A DNA stretch of 32,000 bases from positions 810,001 to 842,000 of the forward strand of contig NC_013849.1 in assembly GCF_000025505.1 (NCBI RefSeq). Reading direction: 5' to 3'. Shown piece by piece: positions 26,445 to 32,000 of this stretch. This DNA is from Ferroglobus placidus DSM 10642. Its GTDB lineage: Archaea; Halobacteriota; Archaeoglobi; Archaeoglobales; Archaeoglobaceae. The translations under genes were made by a program, and so were the position numbers. Each line of letters opens with the position of its first letter. Position 1 is the first letter of the stretch. The notes beneath the pieces were generated by a model, which saw only the letters and a program-made list of their open reading frames with translations, was not told the origin of the DNA and did not search any database.

Positions 26445-27350
26445 TTAAAGTTTCTCAACAATCTCGAGCAAAAACTTCGAAAGCTTTACCGCATCCTCCT
26501 TACTCTTCATAATCGTGTCCGTCGAAAACACCTCGCAATCCACCTCACTTCTAACCCACTCATCGCCGGTTTGAACGACTAAAGCGTCGAGAAAGTCTTT
26601 ATAAACTTCGTAAACCCCAGCCGGAGAGACTTCGTATCCCTTCGCTCTCATAAACTTGGCAGCAGGACCGCTCACCGGAGAGCTCCCTATTATCGGAGAT
26701 ACAGCCACGACTATTTTCTCCTCCAGAACCTCTCTCACTCCTTTAACCATTAAAATTGGGGATATGCTCGTTATGGGGTTGCTCGGTCCTATTATCACCG
26801 CTTTACTTCTCTCAAGCTCCCCCAAAACCTCCTCAGTAGCTTCAGCCTTCTCAATTCCTTTAAAATACACGTCGTAAACTTCTGGCTCTCCCCTATGCTT
26901 TATCCAGAACTCCTGAAAGTGTAAATCTCCGGCGTCGCAAACTATCCTCGTCTCCACCTCCTCTTCGCACATCGGCAGAACTTTATTCTTTACTCCGTAA
27001 GCCTCCGCAAGCTTCAGAGTTGCTTCAGTCAAGGAATACCCTTTTCTCAACAGCTCGCTTCTGAAAATGTGAGTTGCTCTGTCGATATCTCCTATCATCA
27101 GCATTTCGTCAAATCCGAGCTTTTTCAGAAAGTTGTGGGTAACAAAGGAATCGTTCTTTACTCCCCACCACTTATCCTCATCTATTATTTCGGCGAGAGC
27201 GTAAATAACGGAATCTATGTCGGGACAAACCTTATTCCCCGAAACCCAGATGTCTTCGGCTGTATTGACTACTACCGAAAAATCAGCCACCTCTTTAAGA
27301 CCGGTAAGCAGCTTTGGCGTTCCGGTTCCTCCCGAAAGCACCGCCAGCAT
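26445..27350 (-). CDS. cofD: 2-phospho-L-lactate transferase (coenzyme F420 biosynthesis)
   Basis: [74 protein letters not shown]. Confidence 0.95.
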   Translation of the reverse strand: MLAVLSGGTGTPKLLTGLKEVADFSVVVNTAEDIWVSGNKVCPDIDSVIYALAEIIDEDKWWGVKNDSFVTHNFLKKLGFDEMLMIGDIDRATHIFRSELLRKGYSLTEATLKLAEAYGVKNKVLPMCEEEVETRIVCDAGDLHFQEFWIKHRGEPEVYDVYFKGIEKAEATEEVLGELERSKAVIIGPSNPITSISPILMVKGVREVLEEKIVVAVSPIIGSSPVSGPAAKFMRAKGYEVSPAGVYEVYKDFLDALVVQTGDEWVRSEVDCEVFSTDTIMKSKEDAVKLSKFLLEIVEKL

Positions 27351-27351
27351 C

Positions 27352-28314
27352 TCACTCCACCGATAGATTGAGAACTATTTCAGCCACGTCCTCAGAGTAT
27401 CCGACTACTCTCGAAAGAGCGTCAGAGATGGTCTTTTTGAGCAAAGCATCCTCGGCATCACTTACCTCGAATACTCTAAGCTTTGCTTTTAAATCTCTCG
27501 TCAGTTCGAAAAGCTCTTCAGCAAGGTTTTCATCCCTCCTAAAGAAGGAGTTCATGGCAATTCTGAAAGCTCTCCTAACTTCCTCGGAAATTTGGTAGAA
27601 CTCGCATCCCCTCCTCTGCCTTAACATTTCCTCAGCCATCGCAGTTAGATGATCTGCGACCCTCTCAACATTCTTCACAACAATTCTATAGCCGAGAATC
27701 TCCCTCGGCTTCAGATTTATCATCGAAGCCACATCCTGATAGCTGAGAGCCATTTTCAGCTGTCTGAGAATTAAAAAGTACAATCTGTCGACCTCTTTTT
27801 CCCTCTCCAAAATGCTGACGCAAAGGTTTTCGTCGAATTCCTCCATGCATTTAGATAAATCCTCGTGCATGCTCTGAGTAATTGAGAACATTTTTTCGAG
27901 CAACTCTTCCGGCTTAAACCTCCTTTCGCTGTGGAATATAACTATCTTGAGTTCGTTAACGTAGTCTTCTATGACCTCAGCTCCTATCAGCATCTCCACG
28001 GCTTCGTAAACAGCCTTTCTAATCTCAGGAGGTACTTTCACTCTTATGCTCGTGTAGCCAGCGAGATAATAGGAGATTACCTTCCTTACGAGCGTGTCCG
28101 CTTTTTCTACTCCTGAAATCGTCCCTTCCTTTTCCGAGATTTTTGAAAGGGAGGGAAATATTCTTATCGAATTCTTACCTATTTCGACGTAAACTACGTC
28201 ACCAGCTTTAACGTTGTTTTCCTCAAGCCATTTTTTAGGCAGCGTTACGATGTAACTGCTCCCGCTCACGAACACCTTCCTCGGCTGCACCTCCATAAAT
28301 CTTCTCAGCGACAC
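27352..28314 (-). CDS. phoU: AbrB-like N-terminal domain plus PhoU domain regulator
   Basis: [43 protein letters not shown] (SpoVT/AbrB-like) followed by PhoU-like helical repeats; divergent from pst operon. Confidence 0.85.
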   Translation of the reverse strand: MSLRRFMEVQPRKVFVSGSSYIVTLPKKWLEENNVKAGDVVYVEIGKNSIRIFPSLSKISEKEGTISGVEKADTLVRKVISYYLAGYTSIRVKVPPEIRKAVYEAVEMLIGAEVIEDYVNELKIVIFHSERRFKPEELLEKMFSITQSMHEDLSKCMEEFDENLCVSILEREKEVDRLYFLILRQLKMALSYQDVASMINLKPREILGYRIVVKNVERVADHLTAMAEEMLRQRRGCEFYQISEEVRRAFRIAMNSFFRRDENLAEELFELTRDLKAKLRVFEVSDAEDALLKKTISDALSRVVGYSEDVAEIVLNLSVE

Positions 28315-28348
28315 CTATATTTTTACGTTTCTATGCTGATCGATATAG

Positions 28349-28366
28349 ATAGCTGATATTAGCTAT
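28349..28366. promoter_or_regulatory. Inverted repeat ATAGCT-n6-AGCTAT in the phoU/pstS divergent intergenic region
   Basis: Perfect 6-bp arms; lies upstream of a TATA-like CATATAAAC (about 28374-28382) that precedes pstS. Confidence 0.35.
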
Positions 28367-28403
28367 ATGAAAAACATATAAACAACTCTACAGATTTCGA
28401 AAC

Positions 28404-29357
28404 ATGAAAAAACTCTTGCTGGGACTGAGCTTGGTTTTGATAGCTTCATTACTTGCGGGATGCTCCCAAGAAGGAAAGAAAGGAGAGATTTCCGGGGAAG
28501 TTAAGGTAGCTGGAAGCAGCACGGTCTATCCAATTACCATCGCTATGGCTGAGGAGTTCAACAAGCTTTATCCAAACGTAGTAGTTTCCGTCCAGTCAAC
28601 CGGAACTGGGGGAGGATTTAAGAACTTCTTCATTCCCGGCTACGCAGACATAAACGACGCGAGCAGACCTATTAAGCCGGAAGAGCTCGAAGCTGCTAAG
28701 AAAAACGGAGTAGAGCCAATAGAGTTTCTTGTAGCTTACGATGCCTTAACGGTGATAGTGAACCCGGAGAACGACTGGGTGGATTGTTTAAGCTTCGAAG
28801 AGCTGAGAAAGATCTGGGGTCCGGAGGCGACTGGAAATATAACGAAGTGGAGCGACGTAAATCCCGAATGGCCCGACGAAGAAATGCACCTCTACGGTCC
28901 GACTTCAGCTTCCGGAACCTTCGACTTCTTCACAGAGGTCGTGATAGGAAAAGAAGACGCTCACAGGAAGGATTACCACGGAACCGAGGAGGATAACACG
29001 ATAATTCAGGCTGTTGAAAGGGATAGATATGCGATGGGATATCTGGGTTTAGCCTACTACCTCGAAAACAAAGACAAGGTGAAGGCTGTGAAAATAAAGA
29101 ACGAAAAAGGCGTTTGCGTCGAGCCGAGCATCGAAACTGCGAGAAGCGGAGAGTATCCGTTGACGAGACCGCTATACATCTACGTCAACAAAGAAAGCTT
29201 GAAAAAGCCTGCTGTGAGAGAATTCGTTAGATTCTATCTCGAAAACCTTGACAGCGGAATAGTAGAAGAGATAGGCTACGTTCCGGTGGACGAAAAAACG
29301 AAGGAAGAGAACCTGAAAAAATTCGAGGAGGCTTTAAAAGAGCTTGGAATTGAGTAG
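28404..29357 (+). CDS. pstS: Phosphate ABC transporter substrate-binding lipoprotein
   Basis: Lipobox LLAGCSQE; VKVAGSSTVYPITIAMAEEF, STGTGGGFKNF, YGPTSASGTFDFF. Confidence 0.95.
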   Translation: MKKLLLGLSLVLIASLLAGCSQEGKKGEISGEVKVAGSSTVYPITIAMAEEFNKLYPNVVVSVQSTGTGGGFKNFFIPGYADINDASRPIKPEELEAAKKNGVEPIEFLVAYDALTVIVNPENDWVDCLSFEELRKIWGPEATGNITKWSDVNPEWPDEEMHLYGPTSASGTFDFFTEVVIGKEDAHRKDYHGTEEDNTIIQAVERDRYAMGYLGLAYYLENKDKVKAVKIKNEKGVCVEPSIETARSGEYPLTRPLYIYVNKESLKKPAVREFVRFYLENLDSGIVEEIGYVPVDEKTKEENLKKFEEALKELGIE

Positions 29358-29397
29358 ATTTCATACATTTTTTATTTAGCGAAGGCGACGATAGCTT

Positions 29398-30288
29398 ATG
29401 AGGGTGAAGGAAAAAATCATAGAAATTTCACTTTTCAGCTTCGCCCTGATGACCATTTTGATAACCTTCGGAATCGTCGCGAGTTTGATTTTCGAAACAG
29501 CCTACTTTTTCCGTCACGTCTCCCCCATTGAATTCTTCTTAGGAACGGAGTGGAGTCCCACTATAGCTCCCTACAGCTTCGGAGTTCTTCCTCTCGTTTC
29601 GGGAACGCTGATGGTAACGCTCGGAGCGGCTTTAATAGCGATTCCTTCAGGATTGCTTGCAGCTATATACTTAAGCGAGTACGCGAGCGAGAGAGTGAGA
29701 GCAATTTTAAAGCCAGCCTTAGAAGTTTTAGCGGGAATTCCGACCGTCGTTTACGGATTCTTCGCGTTCGTTTACATAACTCCGTTCCTTAAAAAAATAA
29801 TTCCGGACTTAGCAGCTTACAACGCTTTAAGCGCTTCCATAGTCGTCGGAATCATGATAATTCCGATCGTCGCAAGCATAAGCGAAGATGCGTTAAGGGC
29901 TGTTCCGAAGTCTCTAAGAGAGGCTGGCTTCGCTCTGGGGGCTTCGAAAGTCAGAGTTATTTGGAGTATAGTCGTTCCTTCCGCACTTTCCGGAATCGTA
30001 GCCAGCTTCATTTTGGGAATCTCGAGGGCTATAGGAGAGACGATGGCAGTTACTATAGCTGCCGGCAGAGTTCCGAGGCTCGTTAACATTCTCAACCCGG
30101 AAGACTGGATAAAGCCAATAGAAACCATGACCGCTGCCATGGTTGAAATAGGCTTAAGCGACGTCTCCGGAGAAAGCATAGCCTACAAGAGCCTATTTGC
30201 GATTGGCTTCACCCTCTTCATCATGACGTTTGCCCTCAATGCGGTGAGCAATTACATTAAAATGCGTTTCAGGGAGGTGTACAGATGA
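29398..30288 (+). CDS. pstC: Phosphate ABC transporter permease
   Basis: [92 protein letters not shown]. Confidence 0.95.
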   Translation: MRVKEKIIEISLFSFALMTILITFGIVASLIFETAYFFRHVSPIEFFLGTEWSPTIAPYSFGVLPLVSGTLMVTLGAALIAIPSGLLAAIYLSEYASERVRAILKPALEVLAGIPTVVYGFFAFVYITPFLKKIIPDLAAYNALSASIVVGIMIIPIVASISEDALRAVPKSLREAGFALGASKVRVIWSIVVPSALSGIVASFILGISRAIGETMAVTIAAGRVPRLVNILNPEDWIKPIETMTAAMVEIGLSDVSGESIAYKSLFAIGFTLFIMTFALNAVSNYIKMRFREVYR

Positions 30289-31133
30289 AGATTTCGGATA
30301 AGCTCTTTTTAGTGCTTTGCTTAGCGGCAACAGTTTTTGGATTACTCGTTCTTTCAGCCCTCATCGTTTACACGTTTTACGAAGCTTTAGGATGGCTCGA
30401 TTTACAGTTCCTCACGTCACCTCCCTCAAGGTTTCCGGAAAAAGCCGGAATTTATCCAGCATTGGTAAGCTCGGTATACATGATAACCCTCGTCGGAATC
30501 TTCGTCCTCCCTCTCGGAGTCGGAGCAGCCTTATATCTGGAAGAGTACGCTAAAAAAGGAAAGTTAACGAGAATTATCGACGTGAACATCTCGAACTTGG
30601 CAGCGGTGCCATCAATAGTTTACGGGCTTCTCGGGATAGGACTTTTCGTTGCCACTTTCAAACTGAAGCCGGGAACCGTGTTAGTTGGAGCTCTAACTCT
30701 AACGCTCTTAGTTGTTCCTATAGTGATCGTCACTGCACAGGAAGCGCTGAGAGCTGTTCCGAAGTCGGTGAGGGAGGCGAGTTTCGCTTTGGGAGCAACG
30801 AAGTGGCAGACAATCAAGGAAGTCGTTTTGCCTCAAGCTTTTCCCGGCATTTTAACCGGAGTAATTCTCGCTCTTTCAAGAGCTATAGGAGAGACGGCTC
30901 CACTAATCATGATTGGAATGGCTACAACGGTTTTTGTAGCTCCGAAAGACATATTTAGTCCAGCTACTGCCATGCCCCTCCAAATATTCATGTGGACCGA
31001 CATGCCACAGGAAGAGTTCCTCCACGGTGTGGCTCCAGCGGGAGTTATAGTCCTGCTTGCGGTCATGTTGTCGATGAACGCCCTCGCCATATACTTGAGA
31101 AATAGGTTCTACAGGAAGCTTAAGGGGTGGTAA
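30285..31133 (+). CDS. pstA: Phosphate ABC transporter permease
   Basis: [75 protein letters not shown]. Confidence 0.95.
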   Translation: MKISDKLFLVLCLAATVFGLLVLSALIVYTFYEALGWLDLQFLTSPPSRFPEKAGIYPALVSSVYMITLVGIFVLPLGVGAALYLEEYAKKGKLTRIIDVNISNLAAVPSIVYGLLGIGLFVATFKLKPGTVLVGALTLTLLVVPIVIVTAQEALRAVPKSVREASFALGATKWQTIKEVVLPQAFPGILTGVILALSRAIGETAPLIMIGMATTVFVAPKDIFSPATAMPLQIFMWTDMPQEEFLHGVAPAGVIVLLAVMLSMNALAIYLRNRFYRKLKGW

Positions 31134-31134
31134 A

Positions 31135-31887
31135 ATGATAGTATTCGACGTCAAAAACCTGAGCGTGTATTATGGCGATAAAGTCGGAATTCAGGACGTG
31201 AACATCGAGATTTACAAAAATAAGGTGACAGCAATAATGGGTCCGAGCGGCTGCGGAAAGTCCACCTTTTTGAGGTCTCTAAACAGATTGATAGAGCTTG
31301 TGGAAAACGTCAGAGTTGAGGGAAAGGTTTTGTTCGAAGGAAAGAACATCTACGACCCAGACGTTGATCCGGTTGAGCTGAGAAAGAGAATAGGGATGGT
31401 TTTCCAGCATCCAAACCCATTTCCAAAGAGCATATTCGACAACGTAGCCTTCGGACCGAGAATTCACGGTATAAAAGACAAGAAAAAACTCGAAAAGATA
31501 GTTGAAGACGCTTTGAAGAAAGCTGCGCTATGGGATGAAGTCAAGGACAGACTCCACGATTCGGCTTTGAGGCTCAGCGGAGGACAGCAGCAGAGGCTTT
31601 GCATAGCGAGAGCTATTGCTACGAATCCCGAGGTGATTCTCTTCGACGAGCCCACAGCCTCTCTCGATCCGATAGCCGCTTCGAAAATAGAGGACCTTAT
31701 AGTGGATTTGAAGAAGAGCTATACAGTTGTCGTCGTTACTCACAACATTCAGCAGGCAGCGAGAATAAGCGACTACGTAGCTTTCTTCTGGATGGGAAAG
31801 CTTGTTGAGTACGGAAAAACGGAAGAAGTCTTTGAAAATCCGCAGAACGAGCTTACAGAGAAGTACTTGACGGGAAGAATAGGATGA
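31135..31887 (+). CDS. pstB: Phosphate ABC transporter ATP-binding protein
   Basis: Walker A GPSGCGKS, signature [16 protein letters not shown], Walker [13 protein letters not shown]. Confidence 0.97.
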   Translation: MIVFDVKNLSVYYGDKVGIQDVNIEIYKNKVTAIMGPSGCGKSTFLRSLNRLIELVENVRVEGKVLFEGKNIYDPDVDPVELRKRIGMVFQHPNPFPKSIFDNVAFGPRIHGIKDKKKLEKIVEDALKKAALWDEVKDRLHDSALRLSGGQQQRLCIARAIATNPEVILFDEPTASLDPIAASKIEDLIVDLKKSYTVVVVTHNIQQAARISDYVAFFWMGKLVEYGKTEEVFENPQNELTEKYLTGRIG

Positions 31888-32000
31888 AAGTTCTCTTCGT
31901 TTGCCGGGAAAACACGTGCAGAAGCGTTATGGCTGAAGCTATATTTAACTCTCTGAGCGAAAAACACAGAGCCGAAAGTGCCGGAGTTGAGAGGGGAGAG
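31884..32000 (+). CDS. Low-molecular-weight phosphatase / ArsC-type protein, N-terminus only (runs off right edge)
   Basis: Manual translation [39 protein letters not shown] with CX5R catalytic loop; 4-nt overlap with pstB. Confidence 0.88.
   Translation, partial: MKVLFVCRENTCRSVMAEAIFNSLSEKHRAESAGVERGE

Overview
This 32 kb window looks like an Archaeoglobales-type euryarchaeal chromosome (inferred from purP, cofD, sepS, gatA/gatC, endonuclease V and archaeal TATA-like promoters). Most of it is ordinary chromosomal content: argC (3' end), purP, an FAD-dependent oxidoreductase, a GlcD/GlcF-like oxidase pair, pyrK, nitroreductase, SAM hydroxide adenosyltransferase, DUF61, DtxR-type regulator, fdhD, nfi, sepS, gatA, gatC, ccmC/ccmD-like, metallo-hydrolase, cofD, and phoU | pstS-pstC-pstA-pstB-LMW phosphatase. 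I found no complete, clearly novel multi-gene system. The items most worth follow-up are: (1) a compact CdhC-like (acetyl-CoA synthase A-cluster domain) paralog that keeps the four [4Fe-4S] cysteines but has lost the Cys-Gly-Cys distal-nickel motif; (2) a predicted heme-c / CopD-like membrane / cytochrome-b5-like three-part fusion next to a membrane-anchored winged-helix protein with a His/Met-rich external loop; (3) a second membrane-tethered winged-helix regulator with a Pro/Thr-rich extracytoplasmic linker; (4) a cas-less CRISPR array of 18 identical 24-nt repeats, transcribed on the minus strand, with anomalous long intervals at its distal end; (5) three genes broken by frameshifts (HEPN, a lipoprotein, DUF488); (6) an RHH domain fused to a larger uncharacterised domain.
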